DNA of 64,000 bases from Chitinophagales bacterium (lineage in GTDB: Bacteria; Bacteroidota; Bacteroidia; Chitinophagales; Chitinophagaceae). Of the stretch, positions 10,712 through 21,451 are shown piece by piece. The notes beneath the pieces are model-generated. The model saw nothing but the letters and a program-made list of their open reading frames with translations. It did not search any database and had not been told where the DNA came from. The stretch is from contig JANPKD010000028.1 in NCBI GenBank assembly GCA_031425835.1, positions 12,551 to 76,550 on the forward strand, given 5' to 3'. The translations under genes were made by a program, and so were the position numbers. Within the stretch, counting starts at the first letter, position 1, and each line of letters begins with the position of its first letter.

Positions 10712-13700
10712 ATGATCGGTTTTTTATCAAAAATGTTCGGTGGCAGTAAGTCGGAAAAAGATGTGAAACTCATTTTGCCGCTGGTTACAAAAATCAACAA
10801 TGCCTTCAGTGCTTACCAATCCCTCAGCAACGATGAGTTACGGAATAAGACAGTTGAGTTCCGCCGCCGTATTAGTGAGCACCTTAAAGAAATAAACGAC
10901 CAGATAGATGAAACAAATAAAAGGGCTGAAGAACTTTCGTTTGAAGATTTGGTTGGCAAAGACACTATTTACCAGGAGGTTGACAAACTGAAAAAAGACC
11001 GCGATGCCAAGGTTGAGGAAGTGCTGAAAGAAATTTTGCCTGAAGCATTTGCCGTGGTAAAAGAAACGGCAAGACGTTTCAAAGAAAATTCGGAAATGAT
11101 TTCATCCGCTACCGAGTTAGACAGGGAATTGAGTGCAACTAAAAACCACATTACCATCAATGGCGATCAATCGATTTACAAAAATAGATGGACGGCCGGT
11201 GGCGGCGAAGTGGTTTGGAACATGGTGCATTACGATGTGCAATTAATAGGTGGCGCTGTTTTACACTCGGGCAAAATTGCAGAGATGGCAACCGGTGAGG
11301 GTAAAACGCTAGTGTCGACTTTACCCGCTTATTTAAATGCATTGGCCGGCCTGGGGGTACACATAGTAACCGTGAACGATTATTTAGCCCGCCGCGATAG
11401 TGAATGGAACGGACCCATTTTTGAATGGCTGGGCCTGCGGGTTGATTGTATAGATAAACACCAACCCAATAGCGAAGCACGGCGCAATGCTTACTTAGCC
11501 GATATCACCTATGGCACCAACAACGAATTTGGTTTTGATTACCTGCGGGATAATATGGTGCATTCACCCGAAGAAATGGTGCAGCGCAAACACCATTATG
11601 CAATGGTGGATGAAGTGGACAGTGTGTTGATTGATGATGCAAGAACGCCGCTGATTATTTCGGGGCCTGTACCAAAAGGCGACGACCAGCAATACCACAT
11701 TTTAAAACCCCGCGTGCAGGCATTGGTAGAGGCGCAGGAAAAAATTGTGCGCCAGTCATTGAACGAGGCCAGGAAAAAAATTGGTGAAGGTGATGACGAT
11801 CCAAAGAGCGGCGGTTTGTTTTTGTACCGCGCATTTCGTGGTTTGCCAAAGTACGGCCCTATCATTAAATTTTTGAGTGAGCCGGGCATGAGGGTGAAAT
11901 TGCAAAAAGCCGAAAACTATTACATAGCCGACCAGCAACGCAACCTGCATATCATTGATGAGGAGTTGTTGTTTCACATTGATGAAAAAAACAAATCGGT
12001 TGACCTTACCGAAAAGGGTCTATCAATGATTACCCGTGGTGGCGAAGACCCTGAGTTTTTTGTTTTGCCCGACATTGGTGTGCGCCTTGCGGAAATTGAA
12101 AAAAGCGATGCAACGGCCGATGAAAAACTGCACCAGAAAGAAGCCACGTTAAACGATTATTCAGCAAAGGCCGACCGTATACATTCGGTACAACAGCTGT
12201 TGAAAGCCTACACACTTTTTGATAAAGATGTTGAATACGTGGTTATGGAAGACCAGGTAAAAATTGTTGACGAGCAAACAGGACGCATATTGGATGGCCG
12301 CCGGTACAGCGATGGTTTACACCAGGCTATTGAAGCAAAAGAAGCAGTAAAAATTGAAGCAGCTACACAAACCTATGCAACGGTTACATTGCAGAACTTT
12401 TTTAGAATGTACCACAAGCTGGCGGGTATGACGGGTACTGCCGAAACCGAAGCAGCTGAGTTGTGGAGTATTTATAAATTAGACGTGGTTACCATTCCTA
12501 CCAACGTAACCATGACGCGGAAAGATGAGCAGGACCTGGTGTACAAAACCCGTAAAGAAAAATTCAGAGCCCTCATTGATGAAATAGAGAAGCTGCGCAA
12601 TGCAGGCCGCCCGGTGCTGGTAGGTACCACATCGGTTGAAGTGAGTGAACTGTTAAGCCGCATGTTGCAGGCAAAAAAAATTCCGCATAATGTACTCAAC
12701 GCAAAACAACATGCCCGCGAAGCACAGGTGGTTGCCGAGGCAGGATTAGCTGGCGCCATTACCATTGCCACCAACATGGCCGGCCGTGGTACCGACATTA
12801 AATTAGGTGCCGGTGTAAAAGAAGCAGGTGGCCTTGCCATCATTGGTACAGAAAGACATGAAAGCCGAAGGGTTGACCGCCAGTTGCGTGGCCGTGCAGG
12901 CCGGCAGGGTGATCCTGGGACCTCACAGTTTTATGTATCACTCGAAGATGATTTGATGCGCATGTTTGGCAGTGAACGTATAGCCGGGCTAATGGACACG
13001 TTTGGTTATAAAGAAGGCGAGGTAATTCAGCATAGTATGATTACCAAATCAATTGAAAGAGCACAGAAAAAAGTGGAAGAAAACAACTTTGGTATTCGTA
13101 AACGTTTGCTTGAGTACGATGATGTGATGAACAAGCAACGTAACGCCATTTACGACCGGCGTAACCATGCCTTGTTTGGCGAACGACTGGCACTTGATAT
13201 TGACAATGCGTTTTCGGTTACCGCCGAAGATGTGATTAACAACCACCGCGAGCAGAATGATTACGAAGGTTTCAAACTTTCGTGCATTGTAAACTTTGGG
13301 TTAGATACGCAGATAACACAGGAGCAGTTTAAAAGTAACGATGTAAATAGTTTAGTCGACACTTTGTATACCGAAGCCATCACAGGTTACCAGCAGCACA
13401 AAGAAAGTGTGAGCAAAGCGGCCGTGCCGGTATTTAAAAACATCAGGCAGCAACAAGGGCAGCATATAGAAAATGTTGTAGTGCCTTTTTCTGATGGCAG
13501 AAAAGGAATTAATGTACTTACCAACCTGGATAAAACCATTAACTCAGCAGGCGCCGAATTGTGTAACGCCATGGAGCGCAACATCACACTGGCTATTATC
13601 GACGACTCGTGGAAAGAACACCTGCGGGCAATGGACGATTTAAAACAAAGTGTACAAACGGCTTATTTAGAGCAAAAAGATCCGCTGGTAATTTATAAAG

Positions 13701-14047
13701 TAGAGGCCTACAATTTGTTTAGGCAAATGAGCAGCGATGTTAACCGGCAAATTGTTTCATTTCTCTGCCATGCGCAACTACCCCAGCAGGAAGAAGCGGC
13801 GCCGCAACAATTGCGAGAAGGCCGCAGCCAACGCACCGACATGAGTAAGATGCACGCCAACAAGGCCGAGATAGATGCAGCGGGTGATGATTACGCCGCC
13901 AATGAAAAAGATTACTTCGATCCATCGGGTGGCGACGTAGCAGTGAAGCAGGAACCAATTAAGGTAGGGCCAAAAATTGGTCGCAACGATCCTTGCCCCT
14001 GCGGTAGTGGAAAAAAATATAAGAACTGCCACGGGAAGGATTTGTAG
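10712..14047 (+). CDS. secA: Preprotein translocase ATPase SecA
   Basis: 1111 aa. Contains [11 protein letters not shown]alker A, the [23 protein letters not shown]-like motif and a C-terminal zinc-binding [14 protein letters not shown]. Confidence 0.97.
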   Translation: MIGFLSKMFGGSKSEKDVKLILPLVTKINNAFSAYQSLSNDELRNKTVEFRRRISEHLKEINDQIDETNKRAEELSFEDLVGKDTIYQEVDKLKKDRDAKVEEVLKEILPEAFAVVKETARRFKENSEMISSATELDRELSATKNHITINGDQSIYKNRWTAGGGEVVWNMVHYDVQLIGGAVLHSGKIAEMATGEGKTLVSTLPAYLNALAGLGVHIVTVNDYLARRDSEWNGPIFEWLGLRVDCIDKHQPNSEARRNAYLADITYGTNNEFGFDYLRDNMVHSPEEMVQRKHHYAMVDEVDSVLIDDARTPLIISGPVPKGDDQQYHILKPRVQALVEAQEKIVRQSLNEARKKIGEGDDDPKSGGLFLYRAFRGLPKYGPIIKFLSEPGMRVKLQKAENYYIADQQRNLHIIDEELLFHIDEKNKSVDLTEKGLSMITRGGEDPEFFVLPDIGVRLAEIEKSDATADEKLHQKEATLNDYSAKADRIHSVQQLLKAYTLFDKDVEYVVMEDQVKIVDEQTGRILDGRRYSDGLHQAIEAKEAVKIEAATQTYATVTLQNFFRMYHKLAGMTGTAETEAAELWSIYKLDVVTIPTNVTMTRKDEQDLVYKTRKEKFRALIDEIEKLRNAGRPVLVGTTSVEVSELLSRMLQAKKIPHNVLNAKQHAREAQVVAEAGLAGAITIATNMAGRGTDIKLGAGVKEAGGLAIIGTERHESRRVDRQLRGRAGRQGDPGTSQFYVSLEDDLMRMFGSERIAGLMDTFGYKEGEVIQHSMITKSIERAQKKVEENNFGIRKRLLEYDDVMNKQRNAIYDRRNHALFGERLALDIDNAFSVTAEDVINNHREQNDYEGFKLSCIVNFGLDTQITQEQFKSNDVNSLVDTLYTEAITGYQQHKESVSKAAVPVFKNIRQQQGQHIENVVVPFSDGRKGINVLTNLDKTINSAGAELCNAMERNITLAIIDDSWKEHLRAMDDLKQSVQTAYLEQKDPLVIYKVEAYNLFRQMSSDVNRQIVSFLCHAQLPQQEEAAPQQLREGRSQRTDMSKMHANKAEIDAAGDDYAANEKDYFDPSGGDVAVKQEPIKVGPKIGRNDPCPCGSGKKYKNCHGKDL

Positions 14048-14074
14048 TGAGGCTTTTCAGAAATGATTGAATTG

Positions 14075-14103
14075 ATGCCGCAGCAATGCGGCATTTTTTT
14101 GTG
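14075..14103 (+). terminator. Intrinsic terminator of secA
   Basis: Stem ATGCCGC / GCGGCAT (14075-81 / 14088-94) with loop agcaat, followed by a T7 run. Confidence 0.75.
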
Positions 14104-14671
14104 GTAAGTAGCAAGCCGCATTAAGTCGAACTTTTTTTGCAAAAAGCATCGAAGCAGATTGAAAGGCTTTTAGCCGTTAAAGTTTTGAACTATTACTGTT
14201 TAGTGTTTTGGGCAAGAAATTCAACTGTACCAAATTTTTTCAGAAGCTATGCTCAGGTATAGCAGTCCAAATTTCTAATAGAAGCTCTTCATGTTTTGCA
14301 TCTGATGCTAGATAATTTTACCAGATCAGATCTTCATTTCAAATTAACAATACTCCTCACGTTCACTTCCTGAAAGTTCTAAATTCCTGATAGTCATGAA
14401 CACCTTTAACGTTGAACACAGCAACTTTATTTCCTTATTTATTCTCATCCAAAGAAGCAGGACAATCATTTGTCAAGCAAGTAACACGTTGTTACTTTTT
14501 GCCAGTTTTAAATCAGAGCGGTCCAATTTCCTAATTCAAAATATAACTAGGACCTAGGAAAACGGTAATTTGGTGCTTTTATCAGGCAACCCTAAGAAAT
14601 CATTAGCGAGCAAATCCCTGATGTAGCTTTCTGAAGAGCCTATTTACTTTGCATTAAATGCCACCCGATCA

Positions 14672-17600
14672 ATGTACCCATCCCTTAGAACTCAACCATT
14701 TATATTTTGGATTTTGCTTTTTTTGTGTCAAAACAGAAGCTTTTGCCAAACCCAGACTTCTTCGAGTAGTTATAAAATCCGGCATACATCGGCAGCGAGG
14801 TTTTTTGAAAGCCGGAAATACCTGCATACACGAGATAATGCAACGGTGATTGTGGGGAAGTGGGGCACAACCCAGGACGGTGCCGACCTGCTTTTAATGA
14901 AAGTAAATGAACGAGGGGAAACGCTTTGGTCAAAAAGAGTTCCTTTGGCGCTCCGTCTGGACGAGTACGAACTGGTGGAGATGAGCGATGGGAGCCTTGT
15001 TTTCGTGGGAAACTCGCAGCACAACCCCGCTCCTATCCGTTCCGATATGTTGTTGATAAAGTTTAGTTGCCAGGGTGAAGGGCTTTGGAGCCGAAACCTA
15101 TCCATGATCGCCTCAGTTTACCATCTCTTTCTTACTCCCTATTCTATTAAGGAAGGAAAAAATAATGATGTCATTATAAGCTTTTACGGTACCGGGGCCA
15201 GTCTGCAATACAGCGTTATCTGTCGGGTAAACAGCTTGGGTAATCTGGTTTGGAGCAAAACTTTTTATGGCGTGGATGGGCAAACCCAACTCCCTTCCGT
15301 GGCGTTGTTTTCAAACGATAAAATCGTGGTCTTTGGCTTTAACAGCTTGTACCAAAACTCCTTTCTCTACAACAAGTCGTTTTTTGCCATGCAGTTGGAT
15401 TACAATACCGGCTCAACGCTTGATTTAAAAGGGTACTCCTATTCGGAGGTTATCACTAATTATGGTGTGCTGGTTACCCATCCAAAAATTCATTTTTATG
15501 CCGAACAACTGACGAATGGTGGGTTTGCATTGTTTGGCGTCTTTTCCAATTTTAACCAGCTCAATGCATACTACTTTAAACTTGTTTTGCGTGCAGACCT
15601 TACCATTCACAGAACCGCTACCTTTTCAGTACCGCTTGAAATCGGGAAGAACTGGTCAAAAATCAAGGTCTTCCCCAACGGCCAAACCCATATTGTTTCC
15701 GCGGTTTATGACGCTCAACGGTTTTATTGGTATCTAGCCGACAGCCTACAAAACAAAATACGGGAGCAGAAAACAATTTATCCCAACACATATATTGATC
15801 TCCGATATGCAGTCTCTCAGAGCGGGCCGAGCCGGTCCTTACATGTTTTAAGTACGAGGGATGTCAGCGGAGCCGGAAACGGCAGCATTGAAATGGTTCA
15901 GGTGGAGGATAACGATCCCCGAATTCTTTCGTGTTTAGGGGTTGACACTGCTTTTACTCAAGTCTTGCCTTGGTCTGTTTTCTCTGGCACAATGCAATGG
16001 CGATCGGTAGGCGACAACGAAGCACTCCTTACACCATTGCAATTCACCAGCGCACCCATTGCCGTCACCAGTCAATTCGTATGCGAACCGCTTCCGTCCG
16101 GGTCATCAGCAGGTACTGCAAGCATAAAAATTATGGGGAACGATACTGTTTGTTCTTCAAGCTTAACACAACAATACGTTGCCCGCAGAGTAAACCAATC
16201 CGCGCCGGTTCAATGGGTTCTTGATTCCGTTCAAAACGGTTCCCTCACCGTCTTGAACGACTCTACTGTTTCGGTTACGTTTGCGAGTCCAGGCGTTCAG
16301 CCAAAGCGTGTTATGTTATACGCTTATGCAGGTGCGTGTACGGTTACAAAAGATTCGCTGGAAATTTTGCTCCTTCCGCCCAACCAAAAATTATCGGCAA
16401 ATATTAGTGCTTGCGAGCTGCCCTTGACCCTGCACCCCGGCTGGTGGTTTACAAGTTATCAATGGCAGGACGGCAGCACAGATTCAACATACAGAGTCAC
16501 CCGCCCAGGCGTTTATACCGTCATCCTAACCGATGCTTGCGGAACCGTGTTGAAAGATTCGCTGACCGTGCATGCCGCAGGTTCTTTAGACATTGGCCCC
16601 GACCGTATCAAGTGCAACAACGACACACTTCACTTAACGGCACCAAGAGATTTTTTCAATTATCAATGGAGCAACAATTACAACATCAGTTCTCTAACCA
16701 CTTCATCCGTTGTTGTAAATCCTCGGCTTGATACAGCTTATTATCTGAAAGCCGAAATAAGACCTGGCTGTTACGCCTATGATACTATACGCATTACCGT
16801 CCAGACATCGCCTCCCATTCTCCTTGGGGCTGATAAAGGCTTTTGTTCTAGTGACAGTGCCGTGCTTGATGCAGGTAGCGGCTTTTCTTCGTACCGTTGG
16901 AATAATGCAGCAACCTCTCAGATGATAACCGTGAAAGCAAATGGTGTTTATTCCGTGATAGGATTTACCCAAAAAGGTTGCAGAAGCTACGATACCCTAC
17001 AAATACTGCAGGTTTCTCCATTACCAGTGGTGCGTTTGGATAAGGATAATGGGATATGTTCAGGGAGTGTAAAAACGTTTGATGCCGGCAACTTTGCTTC
17101 TTACTTGTGGCAAGATGGAAGCACCGGAAGAACCTTCACCACAGGTAGCCCCGGCAATTATCATGTGAGTGTAGTTGATAACAACGGCTGCAAAGGCAGC
17201 GATTCAGCCGTAATTACTGACCTTCATACTTTGCCACAAGGGTTTCTAAAGGATACATCGGTTTGCGAGGGCGGTAAAGTAGAACTGAGGCCGATCGGAG
17301 AATTCAAAAGTTATTTATGGAGCACGGGAAATCATTCAGCCTTCATCACGATTACGCAACCCGGCAAGTATGTATTAGAAGTTGAAGACAATAAAAATTG
17401 CCGCGGAGTTGATTCTGCTGTTATTCATTCGAAAAGCTGTGTTACGGGATTTTATGTACCATCCGCTTTTACGCCGAACGGCGACAGAAAGAACGATTTT
17501 TTTAAGCCCCTCCTTTCCGGCAATGTAAAGACGTACCGGTTTGCGATCTACAATCGTTGGGGTGAGTTAGTCTTTCGCACCAGCGAATTACAAAAAGGAT

Positions 17601-17719
17601 GGGATGGCAAGATTGCCGGCAAACTACAACCAACTGGCGTCTTTGTATGGACCTGTGTTTACCAACTAGAAGGCGGCGAGTTGAAACAAGAAAAAGGTGC
17701 TGTGCTGCTCATTAAATGA
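14672..17719 (+). CDS. Large secreted protein with a T9SS type-B C-terminal sorting domain
   Basis: Hydrophobic N-terminus FIFWILLFLCQ. C-terminus reads FYVPSAFTPNGDRKNDFFKP...YNRWGELVF...GWDGK..G...PTGVFVW. The C-terminal half has repeated Cys-containing Ig-like modules. Confidence 0.8.
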   Translation: MYPSLRTQPFIFWILLFLCQNRSFCQTQTSSSSYKIRHTSAARFFESRKYLHTRDNATVIVGKWGTTQDGADLLLMKVNERGETLWSKRVPLALRLDEYELVEMSDGSLVFVGNSQHNPAPIRSDMLLIKFSCQGEGLWSRNLSMIASVYHLFLTPYSIKEGKNNDVIISFYGTGASLQYSVICRVNSLGNLVWSKTFYGVDGQTQLPSVALFSNDKIVVFGFNSLYQNSFLYNKSFFAMQLDYNTGSTLDLKGYSYSEVITNYGVLVTHPKIHFYAEQLTNGGFALFGVFSNFNQLNAYYFKLVLRADLTIHRTATFSVPLEIGKNWSKIKVFPNGQTHIVSAVYDAQRFYWYLADSLQNKIREQKTIYPNTYIDLRYAVSQSGPSRSLHVLSTRDVSGAGNGSIEMVQVEDNDPRILSCLGVDTAFTQVLPWSVFSGTMQWRSVGDNEALLTPLQFTSAPIAVTSQFVCEPLPSGSSAGTASIKIMGNDTVCSSSLTQQYVARRVNQSAPVQWVLDSVQNGSLTVLNDSTVSVTFASPGVQPKRVMLYAYAGACTVTKDSLEILLLPPNQKLSANISACELPLTLHPGWWFTSYQWQDGSTDSTYRVTRPGVYTVILTDACGTVLKDSLTVHAAGSLDIGPDRIKCNNDTLHLTAPRDFFNYQWSNNYNISSLTTSSVVVNPRLDTAYYLKAEIRPGCYAYDTIRITVQTSPPILLGADKGFCSSDSAVLDAGSGFSSYRWNNAATSQMITVKANGVYSVIGFTQKGCRSYDTLQILQVSPLPVVRLDKDNGICSGSVKTFDAGNFASYLWQDGSTGRTFTTGSPGNYHVSVVDNNGCKGSDSAVITDLHTLPQGFLKDTSVCEGGKVELRPIGEFKSYLWSTGNHSAFITITQPGKYVLEVEDNKNCRGVDSAVIHSKSCVTGFYVPSAFTPNGDRKNDFFKPLLSGNVKTYRFAIYNRWGELVFRTSELQKGWDGKIAGKLQPTGVFVWTCVYQLEGGELKQEKGAVLLIK

Positions 17720-18063
17720 TCAGCTTCGCTCGGGGGTGCCCGTACGCAGGATGTTTTTGGGTTTCAGTATGAAGTCAATCTTACCGTAGCTGCCAACCGC
17801 TTTATGTATTTTTTGTTTTTTTCGTTGTTTAGATTTCATCTCTAATGTTGGAAACTTCAGCTTTTGTTTCAAAACATTCTTTATATGTCAACTGCTAATC
17901 GTTAATTTTCTCTTTGATTTGCTACCCAATTTTTATAACCGAAAAATCTCTTGCCTGAATCAGTTTTACGACCAGTAGGATAATATTGGTCTGTTGTTTT
18001 TGAACCGTGCGGATCACGTTCCCCATCCCTATCGGGGCACTCTATCCAAAAAGCCAACGTCGT

Positions 18064-18090
18064 AAAAAAAGGCCCGCATTGCTGCGAACC
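18064..18090 (-). terminator. Intrinsic terminator downstream of tRNA-Ala
   Basis: On the minus strand, GGTTCGC-agcaat-GCGGGCC (G-U pairs allowed) is followed by T7. This is the complement of 18064-18070. Confidence 0.65.
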
Positions 18091-18101
18091 TTTAAAGCTT
18101 G

Positions 18102-18175
<74 letters not shown>

Positions 18176-18247
18176 AACTCACGTCGAGAAAGTTTTCCTC
18201 AAACGGGTTGCAAAAATAGGGTTTCACTCAATTGCTTCTACAAATGC

Positions 18248-18262
18248 TGGTATAATAATTTA
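18248..18262 (+). promoter_or_regulatory. Variant -24/-12-type element TGGTATA-ATAA-TTTA upstream of the SDR gene
   Basis: Has sigma-54 geometry (TGG at -24, T-rich -12 box) but lacks the GC dinucleotide. It lies 23 nt upstream of the ATG at 18286 and belongs to the recurrent family described in the findings. Confidence 0.4.
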
Positions 18263-18285
18263 GAGGTTGGCTGAAACCAATCACA

Positions 18286-19152
18286 ATGCAAAAAGGAGCA
18301 CCAAAAAAAGCAATCCGGCCACCGCAATCGCAACAGCTACCTGGCCTTCAAATTAAAATGAAGCCGCAACCAAAATCGCTACAACCACAGCCGTTAAAAA
18401 AACTTGCAGGTAAAGTGGCATTAATCACTGGTGGTGATAGTGGCATTGGCAGAGCGGTTGCATTGCTGTTTGCACAAGAAGGAGCCAATCTGGCCATATC
18501 TTATTTGCCCGCCGAAGAAAAAGATGCCCTCCTGGTAAAACGTTTGGTTGAAGAAGATTTTAATAGAACCTGTTTACTGCTCCCCGGGGATATCCGCAGG
18601 GAAAGTTACTGCCGCAAATTAGTGGCAAGCACGATAAAAAAGTTTGGCAAACTAGATATACTTGTGAACAACGCCGCCACGCAAACAGAGCAAAAGTCAC
18701 TAACTGATATTACGGATGCGCAATTGTTAAAAACCTTTGAGACGAATATTTTTTCAATGTTCCGCCTCACAAAATTTGCGCTTCCATTTTTAAAAAAAGG
18801 TGCTTGCATTATCAACACCACATCTGTAACAGCCTATCGTGGCAGTGCGGAGCTGCTCGACTATTCCGCAACGAAAGGGGCCATTCTTACCTTCACCAGG
18901 AGCCTTGCCCAGAACCTTGTAAAGAAAGGAATAAGAGTAAATGCCGTGGCACCCGGGCCCATTTGGACACCGCTGATTGCTGGTAGTTTTAAAGGGAAAA
19001 AAGTGGCGGAATTTGGTAGCGATGTTCCTATGGCAAGGGCAGGCGAACCCGAAGATGTGGCACCATGTTTTTTATTTCTTGCCTGCAACGATTCGGCGTA
19101 CATGACTGGTCAAACCTTACATCCTAACGGTGGTGAAATTGTAAATGGATAA
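18286..19152 (+). CDS. SDR-family oxidoreductase of the YdaD/YghA (general stress protein 39-like) type
   Basis: N-terminal Q/P-rich leader, then KLAGKVALITGGDSGIGRAVA. Catalytic Y...K context and NAVAPGPIWTPL are present. Confidence 0.8.
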   Translation: MQKGAPKKAIRPPQSQQLPGLQIKMKPQPKSLQPQPLKKLAGKVALITGGDSGIGRAVALLFAQEGANLAISYLPAEEKDALLVKRLVEEDFNRTCLLLPGDIRRESYCRKLVASTIKKFGKLDILVNNAATQTEQKSLTDITDAQLLKTFETNIFSMFRLTKFALPFLKKGACIINTTSVTAYRGSAELLDYSATKGAILTFTRSLAQNLVKKGIRVNAVAPGPIWTPLIAGSFKGKKVAEFGSDVPMARAGEPEDVAPCFLFLACNDSAYMTGQTLHPNGGEIVNG

Positions 19153-19237
19153 TGCCCAACCGTTTCGGCTTTGCTCGGATAAAGTAAATGCAGCAAGGAG
19201 TATGTTCTCAAAAAATTTACTAACCGAATTTTTCGGT

Positions 19238-19252
19238 TGGCACAGTTTTCGT
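19238..19252 (+). promoter_or_regulatory. Sigma-54-like element TGGCACA-GTTT-TCGT with no downstream ORF
   Basis: Perfect -24 half (TTGGCAC) and G at the -13 position. It points into the gap between convergent genes and is followed ~120 nt later by a strong hairpin plus T-tract. Confidence 0.3.
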
Positions 19253-19365
19253 TACTTCATATTTCTGAAAGTTCTTTTCTCTCAAGGGGTGGTTATTTCA
19301 AATTAACCTGAGATTATACCCATTGTACCTGCTACGGGTAATGCCGTCGAAGGGAACGAGAGAAT

Positions 19366-19403
19366 AAAAAGGTTCTGGCCTCCGGGTCAGAGCCTTTTGT
19401 TTT
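19366..19403. terminator. Bidirectional intrinsic terminator between the SDR gene and rsmG
   Basis: 10-bp stem GGTTCTGGCC / GGTCAGAGCC (19371-80 / 19385-94, two G-U pairs) with loop tccg. It is flanked by A5 and TTTTGTTTT. Confidence 0.75.
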
Positions 19404-20052
19404 ATACAGATGTGTAAAGCAAAAACTTTTCTTTAAAAAACGGTTCGTCAAATAAGGTACTCAGCTCGATTTTTTTTGGCCTCGCCCCACTCTCTGCGAT
19501 TTCATTTTTTAAATCGCCACCCTTTAAACAAATCAATCCCGATTGCAAAATTGTTTGCTCTCCACTTGCTTCTTGTACCTTATAACTTGATCTCTTTAAA
19601 ACTGGTGTGCCCCAGTTAAGTAAATCCTTTAGTGGCGCCACGGCACGGCTTACGGCAAAATCAAATTTCCTGTTTTTTATTTCTTCGGCCCGGCAATGCT
19701 GGGTGGTGATATTTTTTAGTTGAAGCACTTCTTTTACTGCTTCAATAACTTTTAATTTTTTACCAATGCTGTCCACCAAATGAAATTGCACTTCGGGAAA
19801 AAAAATAGCCAGCGGCACACCGGGGAAACCGCCCCCTGTTCCAATGTCAATAATCTTCAAGCCCCTTGGGAAATTAAAAACAGCGGCAATACTCAGCGAA
19901 TGCAGTACATGATTTTGATAAAGGCTTTCAATATCTTTTCTTGAAATGACATTGATTTTTGCATTCCATTCTTTGTACAACTCTTCCAGCGCAAAAAATT
20001 GCTGTGTTTGCGTGGCACTGAAATCGGAAAAATATTTTTGAATGATCAACAT
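19402..20052 (-). CDS. rsmG: 16S rRNA (guanine527-N7)-methyltransferase
   Basis: GidB-like sequence: start MLIIQKYFSDFS..., WNAKINVISRKD and the SAM motif IDIGTGGGFPGVPLAI. The start is moved to the ATG at 20052, which removes the overlap with the upstream gene. Confidence 0.85.
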   Translation of the reverse strand: MLIIQKYFSDFSATQTQQFFALEELYKEWNAKINVISRKDIESLYQNHVLHSLSIAAVFNFPRGLKIIDIGTGGGFPGVPLAIFFPEVQFHLVDSIGKKLKVIEAVKEVLQLKNITTQHCRAEEIKNRKFDFAVSRAVAPLKDLLNWGTPVLKRSSYKVQEASGEQTILQSGLICLKGGDLKNEIAESGARPKKIELSTLFDEPFFKEKFLLYTSV

Positions 20053-20080
20053 GTTGTGAATATAGCAGTGCCGCAATTTT

Positions 20081-21199
20081 TTAATCCCAACTTTTTGTAG
20101 GCCGTTTCCATAACGACGAAGCAAAGATGATGTAATAAAAAAACTGCCAAACATCCCACAAAATAAATGCACCAAACAAATCGGTTTCATTCAAACGTTT
20201 CATCGACTTTTTCCAAATAAGCCCTTGGGTAATTAACCTGAGGCCAAAAGGAATTAATGCCCATCGCCAATCGAAAAAAATAATTGAAGCGATAAAAAGC
20301 GGGTAAAACAAAAAGAAAGAAAACGTGTACATCGCCAACAGAAATTTATGCGAAGCCTTATAAAATTTTCCCGTAGTGTAATGCCGGTTCTTTTGCCGCC
20401 GCCACTCCTTCCAGCTTTGTTTTGGTTTCGATAAAGTGAAGGCCTCTTCATCCAACACCACGGCTGTATTTTTTTTGTTGGCTACTTTGTTAATGAACAA
20501 ATCATCATCGCCACTGGGTATGTGGTTGATAGAAGAAAATCCTTTGTTGCGAAAAAAAAGTTCTTTGCGGTAAGCAAGGTTGCGACCCACGCCCATATAC
20601 GGAACCCCGGCCAGGGCATATCCAAAATATTGCAGTGCGGTGTGAAAGGTTTCAAACCTGATAATTTTGTTGAGCAACCCAGGCATTTTGGTATAAGCCC
20701 CGTAGCCAAGCACCACTTCCACCCCATTTACAAAAGCGTCCTGCATTTTAAACATCCACTTTTCTGTAGCAGGTACACAGTCCGCATCGGTAAGCAAAAG
20801 CACCTCATGTTTCGCTTCTTTAATACCAACGGAAAGCGGAAATTTTTTGCCAACAATCATCTTTGCCTCCTGGGTAAGATCAATAATTTGTAGTTGCTTA
20901 AATGTTTTTTGCAGTTGTGCCAACACATACTTCGAATCATCAAAAGAATTGTCATTAACTACAATCACCTCGTTGGTAGAAGAATAGTTTTGTACTAATA
21001 TCCCGGGCAAATGCCGCGCAAGGTTTTCATCTTCATCTCTTGCGCAAATAACTACCGACACAGGGTGTTGCTGCGAATGATCTTTAGGCTTTGCCTTATA
21101 AAAAGCAACGCGGCTAAAAAAATAGAGGTAATAAAATAACTGGATAGCGGTAACTAAAATAAAGGTATAAAAAATAATGGCCTGCCAACTCATAAGCAT
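20081..21199 (-). CDS. Family-2 glycosyltransferase, membrane-associated
   Basis: VSVVICARDE...VIVVNDNSFDDS...LLLTDADCV are GT-A DxD-type motifs, and TM helices lie at both ends. The start is moved to the ATG at 21199 because the upstream 28 codons translate a REP-like hairpin. Confidence 0.8.
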   Translation of the reverse strand: MLMSWQAIIFYTFILVTAIQLFYYLYFFSRVAFYKAKPKDHSQQHPVSVVICARDEDENLARHLPGILVQNYSSTNEVIVVNDNSFDDSKYVLAQLQKTFKQLQIIDLTQEAKMIVGKKFPLSVGIKEAKHEVLLLTDADCVPATEKWMFKMQDAFVNGVEVVLGYGAYTKMPGLLNKIIRFETFHTALQYFGYALAGVPYMGVGRNLAYRKELFFRNKGFSSINHIPSGDDDLFINKVANKKNTAVVLDEEAFTLSKPKQSWKEWRRQKNRHYTTGKFYKASHKFLLAMYTFSFFLFYPLFIASIIFFDWRWALIPFGLRLITQGLIWKKSMKRLNETDLFGAFILWDVWQFFYYIIFASSLWKRPTKSWD

Positions 21200-21215
21200 A
21201 GCGGCGAAGATAAGA

Positions 21216-21252
21216 ACCTCACCCCAACCCTCTCCAACGGAGTTGGAGAGGG
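21216..21252. repeat. REP-like palindromic element, copy 1
   Basis: ACCTCACCCC-AA-CCCTCTCCAA-cggag-TTGGAGAGGG, with a 10-bp stem. Confidence 0.7.
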
Positions 21253-21395
21253 AGCACTCACAGCACAGCAAAGGCTTATTCAATGAGTCTTTATTTTTTA
21301 GCAGTCGCCTATTTTTTATTGGCGTAGAAAAAAAATGGTGTCATACTTCGCCGCTCCCGAACTATTTAGATGCGACTGAACTGTGAGGCACTTCT

Positions 21396-21435
21396 CCCCT
21401 CTCCATCTTCGATGGAGAGGGGCAGGGGGTGAGGT
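21396..21435. repeat. REP-like palindromic element, copy 2, inverted relative to copy 1
   Basis: CCCCTCTCCATC-ttc-GATGGAGAGGGG-CA-GGGGGTGAGGT, with a 12-bp stem. The reverse complement of copy 1 aligns along its whole length. Confidence 0.7.
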
Positions 21436-21451
21436 GTATATTTGCCGTTTT

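Noticed and set aside
17720-17839. A 39-codon minus-strand ORF, MKSKQRKKQKIHKAVGSYGKIDFILKPKNILRTGTPERS, abuts the stop of the T9SS gene.
   Set aside because: It has no recognisable family or convincing promoter, and it is very short. A Lys-rich start in AT-rich DNA is easily produced by chance.
19222-19238. The hairpin AACCGAA-ttt-TTCGGTT could be the SDR gene terminator.
   Set aside because: It is not followed by a T-tract, and it directly abuts the TTGGCAC element. The stronger hairpin at 19371-19394 is the better terminator candidate.
20053-20190. N-terminal extensions of rsmG and, similarly, of tgt, the GT2 gene, pth, the FAH gene, pckA, TopIB, the M1 peptidase and the DUF4476 gene.
   Set aside because: The extensions overlap neighbouring genes, translate repeat elements, or precede obvious signal peptides or conserved N-termini. 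Internal ATGs fit better.
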